NCBI RefSeq assembly: GCF_006345805.1
Contig: NC_043000.1
Location: 133,424,001-133,488,000, forward strand
Reading direction: 5' to 3'
Length of the DNA: 64,000 nt
DNA from: Octopus sinensis
Taxonomy: Eukaryota
A model generated the notes under the pieces. The model did not search any database and was not told where the DNA came from. It saw only the letters and a program-made list of their open reading frames with translations. Every line of letters begins with the position of its first letter. Within the stretch, counting starts at the first letter, position 1. This document shows positions 1 to 12,933 of this stretch, one piece after another. Made by a program: the position numbers and the translations under genes.

Positions 1-260
1 GGCTTCCCAGACCCCAGTCGAACTGTCCAACCCATGCTAGCATGGAAAACAGACGTTAAACGATGATGATGATGATGTTTATTGATGCATTTAATTTTCT
101 CTTGCATAGTTTTTTCATAAGTCTCTCCTTCATTACTTATACAACTCCCTGTAACCATTTTCTCACACAGACGCCTTTATATATTTTACACTGCATTTTT
201 TTTCATGTGTTTTTCTTATAGTTGCTAAAGCTATTTGATTTATGATTTTGCTACCTACAG

Positions 261-355
261 ATTGATGGAGCATTAGCTGCTATTGATTCCACTCAAGAAA
301 GCCAAATCAGTGAACGGTTTAAAATTAAAGGATTTCCCACTGTGAAATACTTTCG
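261..355 (+). CDS. PDIA5: PDIA5-like internal exon (IDGALAAIDSTQESQISERFKIKGFPTVKYFR), 95 nt, phase 0-2
   Basis: ctacag acceptor, gtaag donor; thioredoxin C-terminal half with the cis-Pro GFPT motif; upstream exons lie outside the window. Confidence 0.9.
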
Positions 356-509
356 GTAAGTGTTAATAAAGATGAAATAAAACATCTGAAAATGACTATT
401 TCAAATTTACCTCTGAATTGAAAATGTCACTGTGTATGTATTTAATGAGTATTTATCAACATCTGATTGAGTATATGAAAAAAGATTCTGTATTATATAC
501 ATAATAAAA

Positions 510-924
510 GGAGGAGTGGCTGTGTGGTAAGTATCTCGCTTACCAACCACATGGTTCCAGGTACAGTCCCACTATGTGGCACCTTGGGCAAGTGTCTTCT
601 ACTATAGCCTCGGGCCAACCAAAGCCTTGCGAATGGATTTGGTAGACAGAAACTGAAAGAAGCCCGTCGTATATATGTATATATATATATATATGTGGGT
701 GTGTGTTTGTGTGTCTATTTGTCCCCCAACATCACTTGACAACCGATGCTGGTGTGTTTACATCCCTGTAACTTAGCGGTTTGGCAAAAGAGACCGATAG
801 AATAAGTACTAGGCTTACAAAGAATAAGTCCTGGGGTCGATTTGCTTGACTAAAGGCGGTGCTCCAGCATGGCCGCAGTCAAATGACTGAAACAATTAAG
901 AGAGTAAAAAGAGAGTAAAAGAGT
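510..924 (+). mobile_element. SINE, family A (tRNA-like head, internal microsatellite, CR1-like 3' stem-loop tail)
   Basis: near-identical copies at 3142, 15187, 53178; (TAAAAGAG)n-like tail. Confidence 0.8.
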
Positions 925-978
925 ATAAATATTTTCTTAAATATTTTTAAAGGTTATATATTACTTTTAATTCAATAA

Positions 979-1320
979 GGCGCATGGCTCAGTGGTTAGA
1001 GCGTCGAGCTTACGATCATGAGGTTGTGAGCTCGAATCCCAGACCGGGCTGCGTGTTGTGTTCTTGAGCAAGGCACTTTATTTCACGTTGCTCCAGTTAA
1101 CTCAGCTGTAGAAATGAGTTGCGACGTCACTGGTGCCAAGCTGTATCGACCTTTGTCTTTCCCTTGGATAACACTGGTGGCGTGGAGAGGGGAGGCTGGT
1201 ATGCCTGGGCGACTGCTGGCCTTCCATAAACAACCTTGCCCGGACTTGTGTCTAGGAGGGTAACTTTCTAGGTGCAATCCCATGGTCATTCATGACCGAA
1301 GGGGGTCTTTACCCTTACCC
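979..1320 (+). mobile_element. tRNA-derived SINE, family C (box A/B head, conserved central domain)
   Basis: tggctcagtggttagagc box A, gagctcgaatccc box B; central domain shared with copies at 5725, 9392, 44135, 59591. Confidence 0.75.
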
Positions 1321-1355
1321 AATTCAATAAATACTATATTTGTTTGTGTTTTCAG

Positions 1356-1421
1356 CAATGGAGAATATATGTGGGACTTCAATGAAAGAAAAGCTGCTGA
1401 CATTGTTTCCTTTATGAAAGA
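1356..1421 (+). CDS. PDIA5: PDIA5-like exon (NGEYMWDFNERKAADIVSFMK), 66 nt, phase 2-2
   Basis: ttttcag/gtaag sites; frame continues from the previous exon. Confidence 0.9.
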
Positions 1422-1489
1422 GTAAGCTTTATTTTGATTTTTACTTGACAGTTTTTTTTTTTTATGTCACTAGACATAAACATATCTGC

Positions 1490-1880
1490 CACACAAAAAG
1501 CACCTGCACTGGTGCCGTGTATAAAGCACCGATGCCAGTGCTACATAAAAAGCACCCAGTACACTCTGTAGAGTGGTTGGCATTGGGAAGGACATCCAGC
1601 CATTGAAATTGTGCCAAAACAGACAATTGGAGCCTGGGCTGCTCTGTGGCTAACCAGCTCCTGTCAAACCATCCAACCCATGCCAACATAGAAAATGGAT
1701 GTTAAATGATGATGATGATGATGATCATCATCATCATCGTCATCGTTTAGCATCCGCTTTCCATGCTGGCATGGGTTGGATGGTGCAACTGGGGTCTGGG
1801 AAGCCAGAAGGCTGCACCAGGCCCAGTTTGATCTGGCAATGTTTCTATGGCTGGATGCCCTTCCTAACGCCAACCATTCC
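1490..1880. mobile_element. Two family B SINE-like repeats joined tail-to-tail at (GAT)n/(CAT)n
   Basis: + copy about 1490-1725, - copy 1726-1880; both match the family B consensus. Confidence 0.75.
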
Positions 1881-2324
1881 ATGATGATGATGATTTTCCT
1901 GTGCAGGTATGATTTTGAAGGTTCATCCATCTATGCTTGGCGATAAGTTAAATATATTCCTTACATGCATATAAACTAGACAAGTTTTGACTATATTATT
2001 GTTTTATGATTTTTTTTATATCTGTATTTGAATGTTTTAAGGAAATTTTTTAATCTTTTGTGTAAGGTAATGGATAAAGTCATTCTTAATTTTGAATCCT
2101 TTAGGAAGATAATTTCAGTTCCATTTTCACAAAGATAAATTTGTATTGTCTTCAATTTTCAAATTTTGTAGTTATTTATCAAAAGATAAAGCTATTTGTA
2201 ATTTAGTTATTCAAATCTATTTAGTGAGCTCATTTAAGATTATAGTCCATCCCGAAATGCTCAGATACATCATTTGTTTCTTTATTAAGGGGAGGGTTAA
2301 GAGGTATCACTATAAGAATTTTCG

Positions 2325-2713
2325 TGCCAGTGGCACGTAAAAAGCACCACCCGACCGTGTTTGTTGCCAGCGCCGCCCCGACTGGCCTCCGTGCCGGTGG
2401 CACGTAAAAAGCACCATCCGATTGTGGCCGTTGCCAGCCTTGCCTGGCCTCCGTGCTGGTGGCACGTAAAAAGCACCATCCGTCCGTGGCCATTTGCCAG
2501 CCCCGTCTGGCACCTGTGCGGGTGGCACATAAAAAGCACCCACTACACTCACGGAGTGGTTGGCGTTAGGAAGGGCATCCAGCCGTAGAAACACTGCCAG
2601 ATCAGACTGGGCCTGGTGCAGCCTTCTGGCTTCCCAGACCCCAGTTGAACCGTCCAACCCATGCTAGCATGGAGAACGGACGTTAAACGATGATGTTATG
2701 ATGATGATGATGA
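2325..2713 (+). mobile_element. Family B SINE-like repeat with 4 internal tandem units and (GAT)n tail
   Basis: GGTGGCACGTAAAAAGCACC units; other copies at 1-76, 3878, 4711, 8682, 14222, 16598, 22158. Confidence 0.8.
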
Positions 2714-2860
2714 GTGTAGTGAGACATCATCCATGCTGACCACACTATTTAGTATGGTAGAAAGTAATTTCACTTAGATATTTTATCGCATAACATAACC
2801 AATTCTAACAGTAAAACCCAAAATATCAAACTACATTTTCAATTACTTTTTCTATTTCAG

Positions 2861-3000
2861 TCCCAAAGAACCACCACCTCCACCTCCACCAGAACCCAAG
2901 TGGGCAGATACTGAGAGTGATGTTCATCATTTGACTGCAGAAAACTTCAAAACTATTCTGAAGAAGAAGAAACATAGCTTAGTAATGTTTTATGCTCCAT
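2861..3000 (+). CDS. PDIA5: PDIA5-like exon (DPKEPPPPPPPEPKWADTESDVHHLTAENFKTILKKKKHSLVMFYAP)
   Basis: atttcag/gtaag sites; poly-Pro linker and KKKKH.LVMFYAP are characteristic of PDIA5. Confidence 0.95.
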
Positions 3001-3141
3001 GTAAGCATTAGCTCATTTTTCGCATTCAGTAACATCTTGATTGATTTAATTTTTCATTTGTGTGTCTTACATTTTGAAATACACTTCTTTGTGTAACACT
3101 CTTTTAATGTATTATATTTTTTTGTATGGTGAAGTGATTAT

Positions 3142-3568
3142 AGGCACAGGAGTGGCTGTGTGGTAAGTAGCTTGCTTACCAACCACATGGTTCCCAGGTT
3201 CAGTCCCACTGCATGGCACCTTGGGCAAATGTCTTCTACTATAGCCACAGACCGACCAAAGACTTGTGAGTGGATTTGGTAGATGAAAACTGAAAGACGC
3301 CCGTCATATATATGTATATATATATGTGTGTGTGTGTGTGTGTATGTTTGTATGTCTGTGTTTGTCCCCCCAACATCGCTTGACAACCGATGGTGGTGTG
3401 TTTATGTCCCCGTAACTTAGCGGTTCGGCAAAAGAGACCAATAGAATAAGTACTAGGCTTACAAAGAATAAGTCCTGGGGTTGATTTGCTTGACTAAAGA
3501 CGGTGCTCCAGCATGGCCACAATCACATGACTGAAACAAGTAAAAGAGAGTAAAGAGTAAAGAGAGTA
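3142..3568 (+). mobile_element. SINE family A copy
   Basis: aligns along its length to 510-924. Confidence 0.8.
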
Positions 3569-5724
3569 TTCTATTACAATTATTTAATCTTTCATTTTGT
3601 TTTTCTGTTAACTAGTTTAGTAAAATTTTCTTATAAATTCATTTTGCTTCTAAAAACTGGCTAATTCCTCTTTGTAGTCAATATCTGAAATATTGTCCCT
3701 CAAATTACCAATTCCTATCAAATAGCTTTCTCCCATTTTGTTTGTACTCATTAATTATTTCCTTGATACTTTTATTGAATGGTAATTTCTTTAGTTCCTG
3801 TGGAGTACTACAGCAATGAAATACCTGTTCATATGAAACTCAAATGTGTCTTTGCAATTTTTATAATGTACGTGCAGGTGGCACGTAAAAAACATTTCCT
3901 ACACTCTTGGAGTAGTTGGCATTAGGAAGAGCATCCAGCCATAGAAACCTTGCCAAATCAGACTGGAACTTACCAGTTTTTAGTCAAACTGTCCAACCCA
4001 TGCCAGCATGGAAAGTGGACGTTAAATGGTGATGATGATGCTAAGGCATGGTTGCGTAGATAAGAAGTTTTTTTCTTAATCATGTGGCTTCAGGTTCAAT
4101 CCCACTGTGTGGCTCCTGAGGCAAGTCTTCTATTATAGCTTTGGGCTGACCAATGTTATGTGAAGGAGTTTAGTAGACAAAATCTGAAAGAGCCTGTCAT
4201 GTATATTATGTGTGTGTGTGTGTGTGTGTGTGTATGCCTCTGCATGAATGTTTACAGCACACATGGAACCATGGCTATGAATAACAACATTGCCTTTTTT
4301 GATTGGGGTGCAAACAATGACGACATTGGTTGACATTTCCTGTTGAAGAATCATCCGCTTTCTCTGTGCTTTCAAATTCCTCTGGGATAAAAAAATCCCT
4401 TATTTGAAAAATAGTTATGGTTTTGCTACAAGGAGAACCAATGCCTGTAAAAATCCTACTTCAGTTAGCTTCTATCTAAGCTATGCTTTCATGGAAATGC
4501 AAACATTAAGCAAAATGAATGAGAGAACAGTCAAATGAATAACTGAATGTTCAGTCTGAGACAATATTGTTTGCTACCAGTATCTAGTCTTGGAAAAGAA
4601 AAAAGCAAGAAAATTTTCTAGAATGACTTGGTATTGTTTTGCTGCACTATAGACTCAACTCTTCTAAGTAGAGCAAGCTAGATCAATTTAGCACCCATGT
4701 AATTAGCCCCCATGCCAGTGGTACATAAAGCGTGCAGGGCTTCACAGAGGCAATGACAAATGACTGAGACCTTTGGCAATATGCTGTGCTTGAGAAGGAA
4801 GCGCCATCAAGACATGTGAAATTGTAGTTATAGCAGATACCGAAATTAGGCAACTGGCACCCACGCTGGTGGCATGTAAAAGCACCCATTACACTCTTGG
4901 AGTGGTTGGCATTAGGAGGGACATCCAGCTGTAGAAACCATGCCAAATCAGACTGGATTATGGTGGAGTACCTCAGCTTACTAGCCCTGGTCAAACCATC
5001 CAACCTATGCCAGCATGGACAAATGAATTCTAAATGAAGATGATGATGATGATAATCTAACTCTTGTCATCTTGATATCCGTTGTAGCTAAAGTCAGTCT
5101 TAGAAATGAATTTGAATCAAGACACGTCTATCCTCTGACATGCTTCTAATCTTTATGATAAGTATTACAAAATTTAATTCATAAATTGCAACCTTTACAA
5201 TTGAAAGAGGAAAAAGATGAACATTTGCCAATGTTTCTGTTGTAATTCCTAGAATTGTTTTTAACAATGTAATCTATTTCCTCTACCCTAGGATAGAAGC
5301 CTTGCTTCTTTCATGCTTGATTTTAACATAAGATGTTAAAAAAAAAAAAAACTCAAGCAGTCCCATCGCCAAACCACCGTAGAAAGTATGGATAAAATAT
5401 TATTGGTATAAACAGCAAGCCACTGTGTTTGTTACTTAACTTGGTTAAATTCATTTTCAAATTATCAGAATGAGTCAAATGGTTCAAATTCAGACATTGA
5501 TTTTGATTGAATTTAAAGTTTCTTCATTTTCCATTTGTTCTTTTCCTGGCAGTGGATGATATATATATTGTATGTTAAGAAGGATTTTTTTTTCCTTTTC
5601 TTTTGGAGTATAGTTACATGAAATATCTTTCTTCTAAAATGATTTCTTTTGATATCTATTTGTTGTAATTCATAGCTTGTCCTAAGTAGTTATTGTAATT
5701 ATTAGTAATGCTATAATAATTAAT

Positions 5725-5965
5725 GTGGAGGCATGGTTAGGGTGTCAGCATCATGATTGTAAGATTGTGGTTTCAATTCCTGGACCGGGCGACGTGTTGT
5801 ATTCTTGAGCAAAACACTTCATTTCACATTGCTCCAGTCCACTCAGCTGGCAAAAATGAGTAACGCTGTGATGGACTGGCGTCCCATCCAGCCGGGGAGC
5901 TCATATGCTATAGAAACCAGGTAACTTGACCCATGAGCCTGACTAGGCTTTGAAAGGGCGCATTT
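5725..5965 (+). mobile_element. tRNA-derived SINE (family C variant), CpG-decayed
   Basis: matches the reverse complement of 59591-59838. Confidence 0.7.
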
Positions 5966-6030
5966 ATTTTTTATAATAATTAATAAACTGTAGTTAAGTT
6001 TCTCTGAAATCAAATACTTTATGCATTTAG

Positions 6031-6101
6031 GGTGTGGACACTGTAAGAAAGCTAAACCAGAATTCACAGAAGCTGCTTTACAATTGAAAGATGAACCTAA
6101 A
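6031..6101 (+). CDS. PDIA5: PDIA5-like exon with active site WCGHC (CGHCKKAKPEFTEAALQLKDEPK), 71 nt, phase 1-0
   Basis: catttag/gtaag sites; the W codon is split across the intron. Confidence 0.95.
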
Positions 6102-6782
6102 GTAAGTTAATTTTTGTCTTGTTTAAAACATAATTTTGCAGTTCTATTTCTTTTCGTTTTTATCTGTAATTTTGGAATTAGTAAATTACATAGAAATAGA
6201 TTCAGTGTAATTAAGATGCTCTGTTTTTGATGAATTGTGTAAGATCAAGTATCATATACGTAAATGTTTATTGTATATATTGACAACAGTTTTAAATATA
6301 CATTACTGATAAAGGAAGAACACTTGTGTGATGGCAATTAGTTACGAACACTACATTTTCTCTGTTTCTCTGTATACTGAACATTTCTAAGATTTGTCAG
6401 CTGAGATGAATGTGCCTTGCTGATAAGATCTAACAAGGCTGAAATATGTCTGTGGCTTCCACCAGTGGACTTTAGAAACAAGATCCTATCATAATTACAT
6501 TGATTTTATCTTACAAAAATTTGGATCAGATAATGTTATTGGAATTATCTCTCTTGCTTGTTGATTTATATTATAAACACATCCAGAATGAATTTTTGTC
6601 TTCTAAGTACACAGTTAATTTCAGTTAACTGAAGTTTTTCAACAAATTATATTACACATTCAAGTCTCTGTTGTTTGTGTGATAAATCCTTGTGCTGAAC
6701 TAATGATATTTCTTCTAACTAAAAATTTTATCGAAAATAGTTTAGATTATATCATTGTGTATTATTGTTATTTCTTTTTCAG

Positions 6783-6911
6783 CTTGCCATATGTGCTGTG
6801 GACTGCACAGAACATACTTCTTTGTGTACAGCTCACGATGTGAAAGGTTATCCTACCCTGAAGTACTTCAATTATGGCAAGAATCCACAAGACTACATGG
6901 GTGGCAGAACA
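6783..6911 (+). CDS. PDIA5: PDIA5-like exon (LAICAVDCTEHTSLCTAHDVKGYPTLKYFNYGKNPQDYMGGRT)
   Basis: ttttcag/gtaag sites; contained in ORF 6765..6980; GYPT cis-Pro motif. Confidence 0.95.
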
Positions 6912-7863
6912 GTAAGTGTTTTTTTTTCTTTTGTCTTCTACATATACTGTGGCATTAACAGTGATAGATACAATTTATGATTTAATGATTGTACTTGTTT
7001 GAGAATATATGAAAATAACTTTCATAAATAACTGCGCCAGGATCCAGCCTGATTTGGCATGGTTTTCTATGGCTAGATGCCCTTCCTAATGCCAACCACT
7101 CTTTGACTTGTGTTAGTCATTTGGCTGCAATCATGCTAGGTATTGTCTTGAAGAACTTAGTTGAACAAACACAAAAATACACTCCCAGACACAAATGCAT
7201 GAATATGTGGTTGGTTTCTACAGAATCTCTATTTACTAAATTCACTCATAGGGCATCGGTTGACCTGGGGCTATAACAAAAAGCACTTGCCCAACTTGCT
7301 TCACAATGGGACTGAACCCAAAATCATATGATTTCAAAGCAAGCTTCTTAACCATGTAGCCATATCTGTATCTATATATTCAAGCTTTTCTTTTATCAGT
7401 TTTTAAATGAATGCTTTCTTTTCCTTTCCTAGTTTTTGATAAGTCTCTGAAACATTTATTCTTAGGAAAATTTGTTTATTGGTTTTAAATTTCCAGTGTG
7501 TTTAATAGCGATGTGCTGCTATTATACACACTGAAAATAGGTTTTATTGTTTAATACTTCTATTTCTCTATCTTGGGTAGAGCATTATCCTTCTTCACTA
7601 CCTCCTTCTGACATTGAAATATTGATAAAATGTATGCATGATTCATTTTGTGCTTCTAATGTTGTGACAACTGCATCTACATTTCTAGACATGATAACTC
7701 AAATCTAACTCCACCTGACAATATTTGCTGTTTCCACTTCAGAATGTGGTAGCTGGTTTTAGGAAAGTTGCTTCAGTTCTCAATATTCTGTAATAGTTTA
7801 TAGTGAAAATATTTTCCAAAATAAAGTATTCATATGAATTATCCTGATTCCTGTCTTTTTCAG

Positions 7864-8059
7864 ACAGCAGATTTTGTAAATTTCTTGAAATCTCCAAATG
7901 CTCCTCCTACACAAGAACCAGTTCCTAAGATGTCACCACAAGAAGAATTTTGGCTAAAAGAAGTTGGGCCTTCTTTCAAAGATGTCAGTTTGTTATCTTC
8001 TATTTCATTTGACTACTTTATCAGTGATAATCCTTCAGCCCTAGTATTGTTCTATTCAG
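7864..8059 (+). CDS. PDIA5: PDIA5-like exon: linker and start of the non-catalytic extra domain (TADFVNFLKSPNAPP...NPSALVLFYS)
   Basis: tttttcag/gtaag sites; contained in ORF 7834..8082; only the 7864 acceptor keeps frame. Confidence 0.9.
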
Positions 8060-9074
8060 GTAAGTTCTGTTATTGTCAATAACAATTTTTTTTCTTATGA
8101 ATTTAGAAACGTTTGTTTGTTCTGTTAACTCTGGAAATAGTTATCAAGGCACTATTTTCAATCTTTCATGACTGTTGGTATTCATGTTCTCTCCAATGCA
8201 GTATGAAAGTATTAAACACTGCATTACAAGCTAACAAAACATTCCTTAGTGTTCCTGCTCCTTATAGTTATGAGCTGGTACCTCACTCATGGTACATATT
8301 TACAAGTGAATCAGTTTGATTTAAGTCTTTTTATTAGAGACACCACTTAAATCTAGCAAGAGAATATGAATCCTTGATTTTCTAGCCAGTAGGTCTGCAG
8401 TCTAAAGATTCAGCCATCTGTGACTCTCTCATCATAATTTAGTAATGTTAAAAGCATATATTTTTAACTTCCCAACTATTACAACTTACCATTATAATGT
8501 AGGAATGACATGTGTCTCATCTATAGTAAAGCATCTATTCTTGACCCTCTGTCATACTTTAGCCTCTCAGCACCTGGCATACTTTAGCCAATTCCCCTTT
8601 CCTAATACTTACCACTTAGTAATGCAAGGGCTCTTCCTCTTCCCTCTTCTTTTTAGTCTTGTAACTTGGTGACCTCACTAGTGCTGGTGGCATGAAAAAA
8701 AAAAAAAGCACACAATACACATTGTAAGGTGGTTGGTGTTAGGAAGGAAATCTGATTGTAGAAAACATGTTATAGCTGACACTGGAACTCAGCACAGCTT
8801 TGCAGCTTGCTGGATCCTGTTAAACTGTCCAATCCAATCCACCATGGAGAATGGACATTAAATGAGGATGATAATTTATATAACTTTTATTGTATGCTTG
8901 GCATGCTTTAACAATAGAAATATCATTATACTTTATGACAGCTTTCATTTTATTCATAGTTATTGCATTAAATTCTAGTTGAAACACAAGCTTCTTGTTA
9001 TTGTGAACATTTATTGGTGTGAACTGTTCTTTTTACCATTTTCATTGTTTGGTCTATTCTGTCTTTCATCATAG

Positions 9075-9142
9075 GCAAACACCCTGACACAGAACTTATG
9101 AAAGAGTTTTCCACGACAGCAACTTTCCTTAAGGCTGGAGAG
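9075..9142 (+). CDS. PDIA5: PDIA5-like exon (GKHPDTELMKEFSTTATFLKAGE), 68 nt, phase 1-0
   Basis: pyrimidine tract plus catag acceptor, gtaagc donor; phases bridge 8059 and 10388; positional equivalent of the 71-nt CGHC exon. Confidence 0.85.
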
Positions 9143-9391
9143 GTAAGCATCTAAAATATTTAATTTAGCTTCCATTAATAGTATAGTTGTTATAAGTGAT
9201 TTCAATTATCATTGCCAGGTTGATACATTTTGACCCATTTTGCACTATTGCAGGGATGAAGCACTGAATTGACAAGTCAAGCTAGAATGATTAGTTAGAT
9301 AAGTAATGCTATAAACCATATGTACTAACACTGCTTCTGTTTGATTAAAAACCATTGATGTATTCTCATTAAATAGCTTGTGCTAAGTGAA

Positions 9392-9965
9392 GGCATGTAG
9401 CGCAGTGGTTAGGATAGTCAGCTCACAATTGTAAATTCGTGGGTTCAATTCCTGGTGGCACAATGTGTGCTTGAGCAAGACATTTTATTTCACATTGTTC
9501 CTGTCCACTTAGCCGGCAAAAATGAGTAGTATATGTATTTCAAAGGGCACATTCTGTATGACACTTGAATCTTCCTAAGAACTACGTTAAGGGTGTGCAT
9601 GTCTGAAGAGTAGGCTGTTCAGTTGATTGGATCAACTGGAACAATCATCAGCATAGTGGAGGTACATGGCCTAGTGGTTAGAGCAGCGGACTTGCGGTCG
9701 AGAGATTGCGGGTTTGAATCTCAGACTGGGCGATGTGTGTGTGTTTATGAGCGAAACACCTAAGCTCCATGCGGCTCCGGCAGAAGGTAATGGCGAACTT
9801 CTGCTGACTCTTTTGCCACAACTTTCTCTCACTCTTTCCTCCTGCATCATGCAGCTCACCTGCGACGGACCAGAGTCCCATCCAGGTGGGGAACCTATAT
9901 GCCAAGGAAACCGGGAAACCGGCCCTAATGAGCCAGGTGTGGCTCAAGAAGGAACAAACAAATAA
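9392..9965 (+). mobile_element. Two adjacent tRNA-derived SINEs (9392-9655 and 9660-9965)
   Basis: the first matches 44135-44451, the second matches 60444-60752. Confidence 0.75.
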
Positions 9966-10387
9966 CCAGTGGAGTGCCAGTTTGCCCTGAGTTACAGTAT
10001 TTTGTTGTCTTATTTTTTTGATCTTCACTTAATCTTTCGCCTATGAAGAATATACAAAATATATTGGTAATATGTTTAAGTCAGCCAAATAAATCTGTTT
10101 AATTCTATGTTTTTGACAAAAAAGTGGCATATTATCTGTTGTTATATTCTAAGTGCTTGTTCTACCGAGGTCAACTTTTCGGGATTGATAAAATAAGTAC
10201 CAGTTGTGCACTGGGATCATGTAATCAACTGCTGGCCGTGTGCCAATGTTTGAACTCAGTATATTTCTTACTCAAAAACTCAACTGGCTTGTTTTATGAT
10301 ACATTGCAATATTGTTGTCAAAAACACCTAAGAATATTAATTATTCCTCAAACCAATTATAAATTCATTTTCTCATCCTTCTTACAG

Positions 10388-10469
10388 AGCACTGACGTTT
10401 TTGCTGCAGTGGACAGATATGCAGACAAAGATTTGGCAGATAAATTTGTTGGGTCAAGATCTCATGTCT
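10388..10469 (+). CDS. PDIA5: PDIA5-like exon (STDVFAAVDRYADKDLADKFVGSRSHV), 82 nt, phase 0-1
   Basis: cttacag acceptor, gtaagt donor; AAVD...LA.KF thioredoxin pattern. Confidence 0.85.
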
Positions 10470-11161
10470 GTAAGTTCTTATGTGTATTGTTATATTTTTC
10501 ATATTGGAATGTTTTGGATGAATTTGCAAGTCCTGATGTTTGTGTGACAGGAGAAAATAATGTGTACACTTAGTAAAATCTATTCAAGCCGAAGAATTTA
10601 GTGTCTATGTAGGTCTTCATGAGGACCTTATTGTCAGCTCCACAGTCTATTCTTTCTAGTTTTTGGAAGTAACACAGCTGGAGTTCATGACTAGATACTC
10701 TTGGAAACATATGTTAAGAATCTGATTCTCATTGCAAAATCTGTTGAAGAGTAGCATGAAGAGTTTCAAATGAGGAAGAATGGTCTAGAGTTCAAAGACC
10801 TAAGATTCAATATGGCAAAGGTCAACATTCTAATTAATAGTGGAGAGTACAAAATAAGGAAAGTGGCCTTGTTTGATATGTGTGTGTGTGTGTGTGGTGT
10901 GTGTGTGTGTGTGGTAGTGGTGGCAAACTGAGAATGAATGCTTCCCTGCATTTGGTGAAGAAATACAGTCTTTATTTGCGGATTAATAATGCTGTGAACA
11001 TGGAGATAGATTTGGTGGAACACATGTAAATTGTAAATTTTTCTGCATGAAATCAATGATGTCATTGTTAATCTACAAATAAAGAATATATAGATAGATA
11101 GAGGGATAGACACACACACACACACAATGCACGCACACACGCGCATGCACACACACACACA

Positions 11162-11212
<51 letters not shown>

Positions 11213-11565
11213 ATCTATATGCTTAATGCAAAAGAACTCTGGCTTATTAACAGGGAACCAGGATTAATTAGCAATAGGGACAATGAAATCAAATAATCAA
11301 ATTATTGTTCATATTGATTTCTAGAAATAATAGTTAGTTTCTGTTACTTAGGTGACATTATTAGTAGTGGAGGGGAATGTAATGAAAGGATAGTAAGAGG
11401 GAGATATAGTTAAAAACAAAAATTACTGATAGCGGAGTTTTCCTTGTGCAAAAGATAGACTGTGTGAATCATATGTAAGAAACGTGAATGTTCCATAGTA
11501 GTGGGACTTTGGCACTGACTATGAAGGACTTGCAGAGGTTAAAGAGATGGGAATCAGTCAGATAT

Positions 11566-12004
11566 ATTTCTTTATTGCCCACAAGGGGCTAAACATAGAG
11601 GGGACAAACAAGGACAGACAAACGGATTAAGTTGATTACAACGACCCCAGTGCGAAACTGGTACTTTATTTATCGACCCCGAAAAGATGAAAGGCAAAGT
11701 CGACCTCGGCGGAATTTGAACTCAGAATGTAGCGGCAGACAAAATACCGCTATCATCATCATCATTGTTCGACTGTGGTCGAGACAATGGAATTTACCAT
11801 GCTACGCCAGACTTCACGGTCCATCATGGCATTACGGAGGTCCTGTTGCTGGATGCCTGTATCCCTGGAGATTACATCAGGGTAGGAGAGTGTGCGCCCT
11901 CTGGTATTGCGAGTAGATGGTTTCTAGAGGAGAAGAGTAGAAATTACTTCTTTTTCCGCTAAGCATTTCACCGACGTGCTAACGATTCTGCCAGCTCGCC
12001 GCCT
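11566..12004 (-). mobile_element. SINE family E with 12-bp TSD (tcagtcagatat)
   Basis: TSD at 11554-11565 and 12005-12016; interrupted by an RTE fragment. Confidence 0.8.
11753..11955 (-). mobile_element. 5'-truncated RTE-type LINE 3' end nested in a SINE
   Basis: minus frame GRTLSYPDVISRDTG...AMMDREVWRSMV then (GAT)n tail; ccgcta duplicated on both sides. Confidence 0.7.
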
Positions 12005-12386
12005 TCAGTCAGATATGATCTACTGAGTGTACTCTGTTAACTTATATGAAGGAGAAGAGCACAAGTGATCTGAGAGCGTAGAAGCATATTTAAAACATTG
12101 ACTGGTGTATGCAGAAGAGACACCTGCATTGGTAGAGACATCTAATGTGAATGGGTGATGAATGTTGGATAGAAAAAGTGCCATGTACTGATGGTGGAAT
12201 GTACCTGCAACAAAAGAAGACATGAGAAGAACTGATGAGGACAGATCTCAGGCTTCTCAGACAAGGTAACAGAAGTTTGTAATGTGTGGTGATAAGGTGT
12301 TATTATGCTAGTATTAAAAAAGGGAGATTGAATTACTGAGGTCTGTGTTGTTTTATAGCTGGGCACCCATATGATTACCTATTATA

Positions 12387-12620
12387 TATTTCTTTACTGC
12401 CCACAAGGGGGCTAAACATAGAGGGGACAAACAAGGACAGACAAAGAGTTTAAGTCGATTACATCGACCCCAGTGCGAAACTGGTACTTTATTTATTGAC
12501 CCCGAAAGGATGAAAGGCAAAGTCAACCTCGGCGGAATTTGAACTCAGAACGTAATGACAGATGTAATACCGCTAAGCATTTCGCCCGGCGTGCTAATGT
12601 TTCTGCCAGCTCGCTGCCCC
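12387..12620 (-). mobile_element. SINE family E with TSD ttacctattata
   Basis: TSD at 12375-12386 and 12621-12632. Confidence 0.75.
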
Positions 12621-12933
12621 TTACCTATTATATTTTATAAAGTACTATTACTGTGATTTTTGCTCTAAATTAAGTTGTTAAATGAGAGATCCATGTCCAA
12701 GAATCTAATAGGGTTGTTGTTGAATAAGTGATAATTTCTAGAACTTTATATCTAAGAATATATCTGTTGAATGTGTGTAAGTATCAAAACGTTAATGACT
12801 TGCAAATTCAACATGTTACATCTAATAACAGACATGTTACATGTAATTTATTGACCATGAGAAAATATCAATTTAATGACTGATACTCTGCCACTGCTTC
12901 CCACTTCTATCTTTAATTTCAATAATGGTTTAA

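Noticed and set aside
979-1055. tRNA-like sequences (also 9660, 53900, 59770, 60444)
   Set aside because: They are SINE heads continuing into SINE bodies; no complete cloverleaf could be supported.
2325-2540. CRISPR-like regularly spaced 20-bp repeats (also 22158-22430)
   Set aside because: Spacers resemble each other, the array is internal to a dispersed eukaryotic repeat, and there are no cas genes.
10124-10573. 149-aa ORF as a stand-alone gene
   Set aside because: Only 10388-10469 is thioredoxin-like and bounded by splice sites; the rest is intron read-through.
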